DNA of 64,000 nucleotides from an uncultured Verrucomicrobiales bacterium (GTDB taxonomy: Bacteria > Verrucomicrobiota > Verrucomicrobiia > JADLBR01): contig CAZYWZ010000016.1 in NCBI GenBank assembly GCA_964651705.1, positions 967-64,966 of the forward strand, read 5' to 3'. Within the stretch, counting starts at the first letter, position 1; every line of letters begins with the position of its first letter. Of the stretch, positions 35,800 to 44,359 are shown in pieces. The notes beneath the pieces are model-generated. The model was given only the letters and a program-made list of their open reading frames with translations, was not told the origin of the DNA and did no database searches. Both the position numbers and the translations under genes were made by a program.

Positions 35800-38700
35800 T
35801 CAGCGAGATACGGGGTCGTTCCGAGGGCGAAATCCCGGTGCCAGCAACTGGCATTGCGCCACCTGGCCGAAGTTGGTCCCGGCGACATGCCAGACGACGC
35901 GCTTGTCTGGCGCGACCTCGAAGATGTGCGCGCCAAGCCTGTCGCCCTCGGTCTTTGCGCCCCAGTTGCAGACGACGGTATTGCCGTTGGGCAGTCGCTG
36001 GATTCCCGCCGGGACCGCGACATGGATGTCGGGGATGTCCTCGGGGGCGAGTTCCCAGACGACATTCCCGGAGGGGTCGTATTCCGTCACGGATCTTCCG
36101 GCGCTGATGAGGGTGTTGCCGTCCTCGAGGCGGATGGCGCACACGGGCGTGGGCTTCCGGGGAAACTCGCGGAGGAGCGACCCATCCCTCGCGTACTCGC
36201 GCACGGCGCCCTCGGCGGTGAAAGGCACGAGATAGGTGCCCTGCGGCGTCTTGCGGCACATGCGGAACTGGGCGTGCGGCCTCTTCTCTGTGGTCGAGAG
36301 CGGCAATTCGAAAATGACATCGCCGCGGCGGTTGACCTCGATGAGGCGACATTGCCCCACGATGCCGATCAGGACGTTGCCATCGGGCAACGGCTGGCAG
36401 GTGGGCACCTCGTCCGGCGCCCGGACCCGATATTCCCAGACGACCTTGCGGTCACGCGTGACCTCCTGGACGCCGTGCAGGTGCGTCGTTAGCACGTTGC
36501 CGTCCGGCAGCATCCAAGCGTCCTGCGGGTTGGGCGCGTGGTAGTCCCAGGCGACCTCGCCACCCTCGTCGAGCAGGAAGACCTTCTTCAGCTGGTGGCT
36601 GGTCGCGAGGATCGCGCGCGGGCCCCAGAGATTCTCGTGCCAGAAGTTGCCCTTCAGCGGCGCGCCGCGAAACTCGGTGCCCACGACATTCTCGGGGTCG
36701 ACATCCAGTTCGGGCCAGACGAGTTCTCCCCGGAGCTGGGCCTCCTCGCGGACGTAGGCGCCGAGGCGCAGGGAGTTGGAATCCAGCCAGAGTACGATCT
36801 TGTGGCGGTCGGTGTCCGAAACGGAGGCGCGATGGTTCTCGTCGAACAGTGCGCGGCCGATCCGCGAGTGGCGTGCGCCGAAGCGGCCGGGGATGGTGCG
36901 GGAGCCCCCGTGCACCCCGCTGTAATCCGACGCCATATTCCGGAACATCGCGCCGGAGAACCAGAACGTGTACTCCTCCTTGAGCGCCTCGTAGCCCATG
37001 TCCCGGGGCCCCCGCTGTTTTTCCGCATGGCACGGGACGCAAGAGCGCTCGAAGATCGGCCGGATCTGCCTGTGGTAGCTGACCGGCTCGACGGGCCCGG
37101 CCTCCGGCGCGATGGGCGAGGGGGCGCGCCGCAGCGCGAGCGGCGTGCCCGCGAGGGCCGAGGCGCGCTGCACGGGCTCGTGGCAACCCTGGCACGTGAG
37201 CTGTTCGCCGGGGCGAACGAACGCCACCGATCGCATCGAGTGCACGGCGCGATAGTGCTCGTCCAGCGCCTGGAAGATCAGCGCCTTGGCCACCGGCGCC
37301 TCGAAATAGGCGCTGCCATCCTCTTCCACCGGAACGATGCCCAGCGGGATGCGCGGGGTGTTCTCCCGCTCGTAGCCAATCATGGGCTCGCCCATCGCAT
37401 GGTTGGATTTCAGGATATTCTGCGTGACGCGGAGCCACTTGATCTTCGTGCCCGGCGGGAAGGGCATGTCGGAATCGTAGACGTTCATCACCGCGATGGT
37501 GGCGGGACGCGTCGCCCTCTCGGGTGCCGCGACGGGCGGGCGCCGGCGGGGCCGAAGGGGGATCGGGTCGATGAGCCGGAGGCGCTCGTCGTGCGCGCAG
37601 GGCAGTGCCGTCAATTCGCACAGCAGCTCCTTGTTCCCGTATCGGTCGAGCAGCACGAGGTTCTCCCACGCGTTGCAGACGAAGAAGTCCTCTCCCAGCG
37701 GCCAGGGGCTGCCGTACTTGTAGTGCCGGCGCCCGGCGTTCTCGCTCTCGGGGAATGGCTCCTCCGGGGTGATGCGGCGGATCTGCGACATGCGCCCGTC
37801 GTCGGGTATGCGGAGATCGAGGGTGCAGAGCGAACCGAACGCCTCGCCGTGGTGCGGTGCCGCGGTGAACACGTACAATGGCGAATCCGGTATGGCGCGG
37901 ATGCCCATTTCCACCAGCGGTGTCCCCATGCGGCCGTCGATCTCCCGTCCCCCGACCACCTCGAATCTCGGCCGGTCGGGGAAGGAGTGATACGGCTGCG
38001 GGTAATTGCCGTGGGGGGCGCGGGGATCGGAACCATCGGGCCGGCAGAGCCAGATCCGCGAGCCGAGGCAATTCTCGCGGTCGGTGTAGTCCCAGCGCGT
38101 GAAGACGACCTGGCCATGGTTGTTCACCGTGGGGTTCCACTCGCTCGTCTCAAAATAGCTCATGGGGCGGATGTCGGTGCCGTCCGCCGCCATCGAGAAC
38201 ATCGTGTAGGTGCGGACCTTCAGATAGCCGGCAAAGCACCGGATGTGGCCGCCGCGCCGCTCGGAGACGAATGCGATGCGGCCGTCGGGCAACCAGCAGG
38301 GATCGAAATCGTTATAGGGGCCGTCGGTCAGTTGCGTGAGCCCGGTGCCGTCCGCGTTGATGCGGAACAGGTGGAAGCATGACTTCGTGCCAAAACCCCA
38401 TTCGTGCTCGCGGTTGTCCGTCCACGCGAAGACCACCGATCGGCCGTCGTACGAGAGGTCCGGGGTCGCGAAGGCGCCATGATCCAACCGGCGTCCCGCC
38501 ATGCGGCCATTCTGGACGACGGCGTCCCGCGTGAGGTCGAAGACCCGGGGCGCCTTCCCCCAGTCTCGGACGACGTACAGGCCGCCCACGGGCAATGCGG
38601 TGCAGCCGAAATATTGCGTGGTGAAATGCCCGCCCTGGGGGTCTTTCGTGACGGGGTTGGATCTGACCGAGCCCGCAAAGGTCCCGCGCGCCACGCAAAG

Positions 38701-39906
38701 GATCCCGTCGAAATCCAACAGGGGATTGGACAGCGCGATCTGGCGGCGCACCGCGCAGGCCGCCAGATAGAGGGCGAGCGCCTCCGGCGATTCCGCCGCG
38801 GGGCGCGAGGCCAGCAGGGCCGAACGCAAGGCCCCCAGATCGCTTCGCGCCGCGCCGGCGTACCCGAGGCGGTCCGCGAGGGCCTCGGCCCGCCGTATCA
38901 CGGTGCCGGCCGGCCCGCCGTCATCGGGCCAGATCAGCGCATGGCGATCGTAGGCCTGCAGTTCGATGTCCGCCTCGGCCGCCGGGTACCACGGCCTCCG
39001 GCTCTCGGGATACTCCAGCTTGCCGACCCATCTGAAATCGTAGAGCCACTCGCGCAGCACGGCGTCGCGGACTGCCGGGGGATCGACGGATGCGAGGGCG
39101 AGGCGATTGGCGATGTCGCGCAGGGCCGCGCGGGCGGGCGCGGTGTCTTCCGCGGGCGGCAGAGGCTGAAACGCCGCGCTCATCTTCGGGATCGATGGCC
39201 CCGGGCCCGCCCTGGTGGCGGCGACAAACTGCGCCCGGAGGCCGAGCGGGGAGGCGTCGGCAAAATGCCCGTCGCCCATCGCATCGAAGCGCCAGAGTCC
39301 CAGCGTGGAGGCGTCCGCCTCGGGGGCGCGGTCGGGGAGTCCCGCGGGCGGCCGCGCCCCACGGGACAGCCGCGCCTCGTCGATCCACCCGCCGCACGCC
39401 AACTGCCCGTCAACGAGGCTCCCGATGCAAAATGCCTTCGGCGGGTCCTTGGCCACCGGGCCCGCCAGCGCCTGATCGCACTGTTCCTCGCCATCGACAT
39501 AGAGGCGGATCCGGTCGGTCTCCAGCACGGCACCGACATGGTGCCATCTGCCGTCGGCGATGTCGCGGGCCGTGCGCGCGTGATCCGGCCTCCGGCCCGG
39601 AAGATAGGCGCAGAGCGCGCCGGTGCGCGGCGCCGTGAACAGCTCCCAGTGCCCCGGCGCGGCCTTGGCATCGCGCGCGACGATCACGTTGTAGCCCGAT
39701 TTTTTCTCGAGCCGGACCCAGCACTCGAAGGTCAGCGGAAATTCCGCGAATGCCGGCGATGGCCGCAGGAGCGCCGAGCCCCGCCGGGCGTCCAGCGCCT
39801 TGCCGAATCGCCCCTCGTCCCATCCCGCCGCACCTGCGGCGCACGTCACGACGGCCGACAGACAGGTGGCCGCGACCCATCGCGAGATGGCGGCGCCGGC
39901 GCTCAT
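35800..39906 (-). CDS. 1368-aa exported multidomain protein: LamG-like jelly-roll, TolB/PD40-like beta-propeller region, two CxxCH motifs, C-terminal beta-propeller (architecture reminiscent of 'HzsA-related' proteins of PVC bacteria)
   Basis: - Signal peptide: MSAGAAISRWVAATCLSAVVTCAAGAAG.
- LamG-type: FTFECWVRLEKKSGYNVIVARD...DGRWHHVGAVLETDRIRLYVDGE.
- PD40-like: SYDGRSVVFAWTDN, INADGTGLTQLTDGPYNDFDPCWLPDGRIAFVSER.
- CxxCH motifs: CQGCH at nt 37180-37194 and CVPCH at nt 37027-37041.
- C-terminal repeats: LPDGNVLTTH.../LPDGNVLIGI.../LEDGNTLISA.../LPNGNTVVCN. Confidence 0.65.
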   Translation of the reverse strand: MSAGAAISRWVAATCLSAVVTCAAGAAGWDEGRFGKALDARRGSALLRPSPAFAEFPLTFECWVRLEKKSGYNVIVARDAKAAPGHWELFTAPRTGALCAYLPGRRPDHARTARDIADGRWHHVGAVLETDRIRLYVDGEEQCDQALAGPVAKDPPKAFCIGSLVDGQLACGGWIDEARLSRGARPPAGLPDRAPEADASTLGLWRFDAMGDGHFADASPLGLRAQFVAATRAGPGPSIPKMSAAFQPLPPAEDTAPARAALRDIANRLALASVDPPAVRDAVLREWLYDFRWVGKLEYPESRRPWYPAAEADIELQAYDRHALIWPDDGGPAGTVIRRAEALADRLGYAGAARSDLGALRSALLASRPAAESPEALALYLAACAVRRQIALSNPLLDFDGILCVARGTFAGSVRSNPVTKDPQGGHFTTQYFGCTALPVGGLYVVRDWGKAPRVFDLTRDAVVQNGRMAGRRLDHGAFATPDLSYDGRSVVFAWTDNREHEWGFGTKSCFHLFRINADGTGLTQLTDGPYNDFDPCWLPDGRIAFVSERRGGHIRCFAGYLKVRTYTMFSMAADGTDIRPMSYFETSEWNPTVNNHGQVVFTRWDYTDRENCLGSRIWLCRPDGSDPRAPHGNYPQPYHSFPDRPRFEVVGGREIDGRMGTPLVEMGIRAIPDSPLYVFTAAPHHGEAFGSLCTLDLRIPDDGRMSQIRRITPEEPFPESENAGRRHYKYGSPWPLGEDFFVCNAWENLVLLDRYGNKELLCELTALPCAHDERLRLIDPIPLRPRRRPPVAAPERATRPATIAVMNVYDSDMPFPPGTKIKWLRVTQNILKSNHAMGEPMIGYERENTPRIPLGIVPVEEDGSAYFEAPVAKALIFQALDEHYRAVHSMRSVAFVRPGEQLTCQGCHEPVQRASALAGTPLALRRAPSPIAPEAGPVEPVSYHRQIRPIFERSCVPCHAEKQRGPRDMGYEALKEEYTFWFSGAMFRNMASDYSGVHGGSRTIPGRFGARHSRIGRALFDENHRASVSDTDRHKIVLWLDSNSLRLGAYVREEAQLRGELVWPELDVDPENVVGTEFRGAPLKGNFWHENLWGPRAILATSHQLKKVFLLDEGGEVAWDYHAPNPQDAWMLPDGNVLTTHLHGVQEVTRDRKVVWEYRVRAPDEVPTCQPLPDGNVLIGIVGQCRLIEVNRRGDVIFELPLSTTEKRPHAQFRMCRKTPQGTYLVPFTAEGAVREYARDGSLLREFPRKPTPVCAIRLEDGNTLISAGRSVTEYDPSGNVVWELAPEDIPDIHVAVPAGIQRLPNGNTVVCNWGAKTEGDRLGAHIFEVAPDKRVVWHVAGTNFGQVAQCQLLAPGFRPRNDPVSR

Positions 39907-40730
39907 CGGGTCCCGGCCCCCCCCGATCGGGCGGGCGCGCCCACCAGCCCGTACCCGAATCGCCGCGAGATCCGTTCCGCATGCTCCCGGACCTTCCGCC
40001 CCAGGCCATCCAGCGCTCCGACCTTGAGCCGGAAGGCGGGGCCGATGACCGTCACCGCCGCAATCGGCAGCCCCATCCGGTTAAGTATGGGCGCGGCCGC
40101 GCAATGGACGCCGTCCAGGTGCTCTCCCCTGTCCAGGGCGAATCCCCGTCTCCGGATCTGCGACAGGTGCTCGCGAAAGCGGCCCTTGTTGGTGATCGAC
40201 GCCGGCGTCCAGCGCCGGAATCGCGCGGCGCGCAGGATCGCCTCCCGGCCGCCGGGCTCCATGAAAGCCAGCAGCGCCTTCGGCGATGCCGACACGTTGA
40301 GCGGCTGCCGGAGGCCCGCGTCACACACCAGGCGAAACGGGTGGATCCCGGGCACCTGCTCCACCACGAGGCATTCGTCGCCGGCCATGACGCTCAGGAT
40401 CGTCGTCTCCCCCGTCGCGTCGCGCAAGTCCCGCATCGGGCCCATCGCGGCCTCCATCAGCGTCGCCGACGAGGCGCTGCCGTAGGCCATCCCGAAGAGC
40501 TTTGGGCTGAGCCCCAGCCGCCGCGTCTCCCCGTCCCGCTCCACGTACCCGTGCATCAGCAGCGTGTTCGCGATCCGAAACACGCTGTTGCGCGGCAGGC
40601 CCCGATCGCGGGCGATCTCGCTGAGCGTCAGCCCCCCCGCGCGCGTGCGCAGCAGCTCCAGGATGGAGAGCGCGCGGTCGAGGTTGGGCACGCTGAATCG
40701 CGAGGGGCCGGCGGCGGCGGGCGATTTCAT
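39903..40730 (-). CDS. IclR-family transcriptional regulator
   Basis: Winged-HTH block LDRALSILELLRTRAGGLTLSEIARDRGLPRNSVFRIANTLLMHGYVERDGETRRLGLSPKLFGMA, followed by an IclR effector-domain-sized C-terminus. The stop overlaps the downstream ATG (ATGA, 39903-39906). Confidence 0.85.
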   Translation of the reverse strand: MKSPAAAGPSRFSVPNLDRALSILELLRTRAGGLTLSEIARDRGLPRNSVFRIANTLLMHGYVERDGETRRLGLSPKLFGMAYGSASSATLMEAAMGPMRDLRDATGETTILSVMAGDECLVVEQVPGIHPFRLVCDAGLRQPLNVSASPKALLAFMEPGGREAILRAARFRRWTPASITNKGRFREHLSQIRRRGFALDRGEHLDGVHCAAAPILNRMGLPIAAVTVIGPAFRLKVGALDGLGRKVREHAERISRRFGYGLVGAPARSGGAGTR

Positions 40731-40736
40731 GATGTG

Positions 40737-40746
40737 CTATATATAG
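40737..40746. promoter_or_regulatory. Perfect 10-bp AT-rich palindrome CTATATATAG in the iclR/fucosidase divergent intergenic region (candidate -10 element and/or IclR operator)
   Basis: The palindrome is read directly from the sequence. It lies 6 nt upstream of the iclR ATG (40730, minus strand) within the only AT-rich patch of a GC-rich region. A half-site-like CTATAT recurs at 40768-40773. Confidence 0.25.
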
Positions 40747-40859
40747 TCAGCATGACTAAGCGACAACCTATATTTCCCGCGGCGGCGGACGGCCGAGCCG
40801 GGCGGGGGTCGGCCGATGATCCTTGATAAGATGCGCGCGCTTGCGAGGATGGCCCGCCG

Positions 40860-42989
40860 ATGGGACAGGCAGCCATCCTCCTCGCCGCCCTGATGCGGGC
40901 GGCATGTTGCGGATACCTTCTGTTGTGCGTGGGCGCCGCCCGCGGGGCGCCGCCCGCGCCGGCCCGGTATGAGGCGGCCTGGCCGTCGCTGGATGCCCGG
41001 CCGACCCCGGCATGGTATCCCGCGGCGAAGTTCGGCATCTTCATCCACTGGGGCGTCTACTCCGTGCCGGCATGGGGGCCGAAAGGCCAGTACGCGGAGT
41101 GGTATTGGAGCGCGCTGAAGAACGAGAAATCGGATACGGCGGCCTTTCACCGGCGCGTGTATGGGCTGGACTTCACATACGAACAGTTCGCGCCGCTGTT
41201 CAAAGCGGAACTCTTCGATCCCGACCGGTGGGCCGACGTCTTCACGCGCAGCGGCGCCCGGTATGTCGTGCTCACGTCCAAGCATCACGAGGGTTTCTGC
41301 CTGTGGCCCAGCGCACAGAGTCCCGGCTGGAATGCCATGGAGACCGGCCCGCATCGCGATTTGCTCGGCGACCTCACGTCGGCCGTGCGCAAACGCGGCC
41401 TCAAGATGGGCTGCTATTATTCGCTCTATGAATGGAACCACCCGCTCTATCTCTCCGATGTCCCGCGCTACGTGAGCGAGCACATGATGCCCCAGTTCAA
41501 GGATCTGGTGATGCGCTATCGGCCCGCGCTCATTTTCGCCGATGGTGAGTGGAGCCATGACAGCGCCACGTGGCGCTCGCCCGAACTACTCGCGTGGCTG
41601 TTCAACGAGGCGCCGAATCGCGAGGAGGTGGTCATCAACGACCGCTGGGGCAAGGATTGCCGCAGCGTCCACGGCGGCTATTTTACCACGGAGTACGGCG
41701 AAGTGGGCAAGGGGAAGGAATTGGCGAGCGGGCGCCCATGGGAGGAGTGCCGTGGCATGGGGGCCTCGTTTGGCCACAACCGTAACGAGGGCGCGGCCGA
41801 ATACCGGACGACCCCGGAGCTGATCGCGCTGCTGGCCCAGCTGGTCTGCCGGGGCGGCAATCTGTTGCTAAACATCGGCCCCGCCGCCGACGGCACCATT
41901 CCGGTTATCATGGAAGAGCGCCTGCTGGCGATGGGCGAATGGCTGAAGGTGAACGGCGAGGCGATCTACGGCACGCGGCCCTGGTGGGCGCACGAGGAAC
42001 AGGATTCGGTGTTCTACACGCGGCGGGGCGATGCGGTGTATGCCATCCTGGCGAAGTGGCCAGCGGGGGGACGGCTGCGCCTGCATTTTCCCAAGCCGAC
42101 CGCCGCCACTCGCGCCCGCATGGTCGGGAACGATCTCGACATCCCTGTCGCCAGCCAAGGCGAGGACATGGTGCTGGATCTGTCGGCCTTCCGTCCGGAC
42201 ATGTTGCCCTGCTCCCACGCGTGGGTGATTCGGTTGACGGACCTCGACACCCGCCACATCCGGTTCGCGCCGACCTGGGAGTGCTTCGCCGTCGAGGGGC
42301 GCGTGAAGGTATCGGCGCACGCAGACTGGTCCGGGAAGCCTTTCGATCAGGAGACCGTGGTGCGGTACACCTTGGACGACGATGAGCCAACGGCCGATTC
42401 GCCAGTTTGCGATGGAATCGTGACGCTGACCCGGAGCGCCACGCTGCGCGCCGCGTGTTTCCGCAACGCCCGTCGGGTCTCGCCGGTGTTCTCGGCGCCG
42501 TATCTGGTGACGCCGTTCGACATCAGTCCCGCGCTGGATGGCTTGCCCCCGAGGCCGGACATATTCCTGGGAGACCTCGCGCCGGTGTCGGCGGTCACCG
42601 GTTGGCGCCAGGTGACGGCGAACTCCTGCGCCGATGGCACGCCGCTGAACATCAATGGCGTGGCCTTTGACAAAGGCATGGGCGTGCACTCGCGCGCGGA
42701 ACTTGTGTATTCACTGAAGCCCGAGTACAAGCAGTTCGTGGCGCGCGTGGGGATTCACGGAAAGGGTGCCCGGGGCAGCGTTCAGGTGGAGGCGTGGGTC
42801 GGCAAACTGCGCGTCCATCGTTCGCCCGTCCTGCGCGGCGGCATCAAACCGTGGAACATCGCCGTGGACCTTCCGGTCGATGCCGAAGGGCCGCTGCGCC
42901 TCCTCGTGCTCGACGGCGGCGATGGCGGATCGTATGACCTGGCCGATTTCGGCGACGCCGGCTTCATTGCGGCAGAGAAGAAGAAATGA
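40860..42989 (+). CDS. GH29 alpha-L-fucosidase with a C-terminal NPCBM-like carbohydrate-binding module
   Basis: GH29 blocks AKFGIFIHWGVYSVPAWG, YVVLTSKHHEGFCLWPS, GCYYSLYEWNHP, LIFADGEW, RGGNLLLNIGPAADGTIP, GEWLKVNGEAIYGT. C-terminal block FLGDLAPVSAVTGWRQVTANSCADGTPLNINGVAFDKGMGVHSRAELVYSL...GSVQVEAWV...LLVLDGGDGGSYDLADFGDAGF is typical of NPCBM. Confidence 0.85.
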   Translation: MGQAAILLAALMRAACCGYLLLCVGAARGAPPAPARYEAAWPSLDARPTPAWYPAAKFGIFIHWGVYSVPAWGPKGQYAEWYWSALKNEKSDTAAFHRRVYGLDFTYEQFAPLFKAELFDPDRWADVFTRSGARYVVLTSKHHEGFCLWPSAQSPGWNAMETGPHRDLLGDLTSAVRKRGLKMGCYYSLYEWNHPLYLSDVPRYVSEHMMPQFKDLVMRYRPALIFADGEWSHDSATWRSPELLAWLFNEAPNREEVVINDRWGKDCRSVHGGYFTTEYGEVGKGKELASGRPWEECRGMGASFGHNRNEGAAEYRTTPELIALLAQLVCRGGNLLLNIGPAADGTIPVIMEERLLAMGEWLKVNGEAIYGTRPWWAHEEQDSVFYTRRGDAVYAILAKWPAGGRLRLHFPKPTAATRARMVGNDLDIPVASQGEDMVLDLSAFRPDMLPCSHAWVIRLTDLDTRHIRFAPTWECFAVEGRVKVSAHADWSGKPFDQETVVRYTLDDDEPTADSPVCDGIVTLTRSATLRAACFRNARRVSPVFSAPYLVTPFDISPALDGLPPRPDIFLGDLAPVSAVTGWRQVTANSCADGTPLNINGVAFDKGMGVHSRAELVYSLKPEYKQFVARVGIHGKGARGSVQVEAWVGKLRVHRSPVLRGGIKPWNIAVDLPVDAEGPLRLLVLDGGDGGSYDLADFGDAGFIAAEKKK

Positions 42990-44359
42990 AACACACCCTG
43001 GCCCTCCTCGCCGCCCTGCTGCTGGCGCCTCCGATAACCCTGCGCGCCGCCGCGACCGCGGAATCCCCTAACGTCATCCTGCTGATGACCGATGAGCACA
43101 ATCCGCGCGTGACCGGCTGCTACGGTGACCCGATCGTGAAAACGCCGACGATGGATAGCCTCGCGGCGCGAGGGGTGCGCTTCACGGGAGCCTATTGCCA
43201 GAATCCGATCTGTGTGCCGTCGCGAGTCTCGCTGGTGAGCGGGCGGATGCCCTGCCATCTCGATACCTTCGGCAATACCGCCAACCAGCGATACGAAGGC
43301 GTCACCACGCTGGCCGATGTCTTCGTCCAGGCCGGCTACCAGACCGCCTGGTTCGGGAAAACCCATTGGGGTGATCCCCGCTTTCAGAAGATTGGCGCAG
43401 GCGCGGGGAACAAGAAGGCCGCCAAGGCAGAACAGGACGAGAGCTTTGGGCGGCTGCCGCAGGATTCCCGTGTCTCGCAATGGCCGGTGGAGAAGAACCC
43501 GGACCACCTGACGGCCGAGGAGGCGCTCGAGTTTCTTGAGCAGAACAGGGCGGGAAAGTTTTTCATGGGCGTGTCCTTCGTGAAGCCGCACTTCCCGTTC
43601 ACGATTCAGCAGCGGTATTACGACATGTATCGGGACAAGGTCGGCATGCCGCGCGCCACGCCCGAGCTGATCCAGGAACTGCCCGCAGTCTCGAAACAGG
43701 AGCGCGAGAAATACAAGCACGCCGAGGCGAAGGCCGAGGATATCCTGCGCGCCAGAGCGATCTACTACGGCATGGTCACCTACGTGGACGAGGAATTCGG
43801 GCGCATACTCGAGAGGCTGGACGAGCTGGGGCTGCGCGACAACACGATCATCCTCTACACGGCCGACCACGGCGAGATGCTGGGCGACCGCGGCATCTGG
43901 TACAAAAATAGTTTCTACGACGGCTCGGCGAGCATCCCGTTCATCTGGTCGTTCCCGAAGGCCCTGCCGCAGGGCAAGGTCATCAGTGCGCCGGCGATGA
44001 ACATGGACATCTTTCCGACCCTGTGCGAACTGTGCAACCTGTCTCGGCCGCCCGGTCTAGAGGGCAAGAGCCTGGTGCCGCTGATGACAGGTGCGGAGGA
44101 CGGCACGGGCCGCCATGCCCTTTCCGAGAACTACCGCGGTGGATTCGCCGGGCGCATGATCCGCACGGCGAAATGGAAGTACTTCTTCTACACCAACGGC
44201 GAGGAATACCTCTACGACATGCAAGCCGACCCGTTGGAGGAAGAGAATCTGATCGGAGATTCGTCCCATCGCAAGACGGCTGACGGATTGAAACGGCGGG
44301 CGTCCGAAGGCTGGATCGAAACGCCAAAGAAAAAGGCGAATGGGAAGAAATCAGAATGA
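42986..44359 (+). CDS. Secreted Cys-type sulfatase
   Basis: ATGA overlap with the upstream stop. Motifs: PNVILLMTDEHN, CVPSRVSLVSGRMP, YTADHGEMLGDRG, and KWKYFFYTNGEEYLYDMQADPLEEENL at the C-terminus. Confidence 0.85.
   Translation: MKHTLALLAALLLAPPITLRAAATAESPNVILLMTDEHNPRVTGCYGDPIVKTPTMDSLAARGVRFTGAYCQNPICVPSRVSLVSGRMPCHLDTFGNTANQRYEGVTTLADVFVQAGYQTAWFGKTHWGDPRFQKIGAGAGNKKAAKAEQDESFGRLPQDSRVSQWPVEKNPDHLTAEEALEFLEQNRAGKFFMGVSFVKPHFPFTIQQRYYDMYRDKVGMPRATPELIQELPAVSKQEREKYKHAEAKAEDILRARAIYYGMVTYVDEEFGRILERLDELGLRDNTIILYTADHGEMLGDRGIWYKNSFYDGSASIPFIWSFPKALPQGKVISAPAMNMDIFPTLCELCNLSRPPGLEGKSLVPLMTGAEDGTGRHALSENYRGGFAGRMIRTAKWKYFFYTNGEEYLYDMQADPLEEENLIGDSSHRKTADGLKRRASEGWIETPKKKANGKKSE

Noticed and set aside
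35800-39906. Reading the CxxCH/propeller giant as a genuine hydrazine synthase subunit (anammox)
   Set aside because: Only the general architecture is reminiscent. No HzsB/HzsC partners, hydrazine dehydrogenase or other anammox genes are present, and the context is glycan catabolism. It is treated as 'HzsA-related-like' at most.
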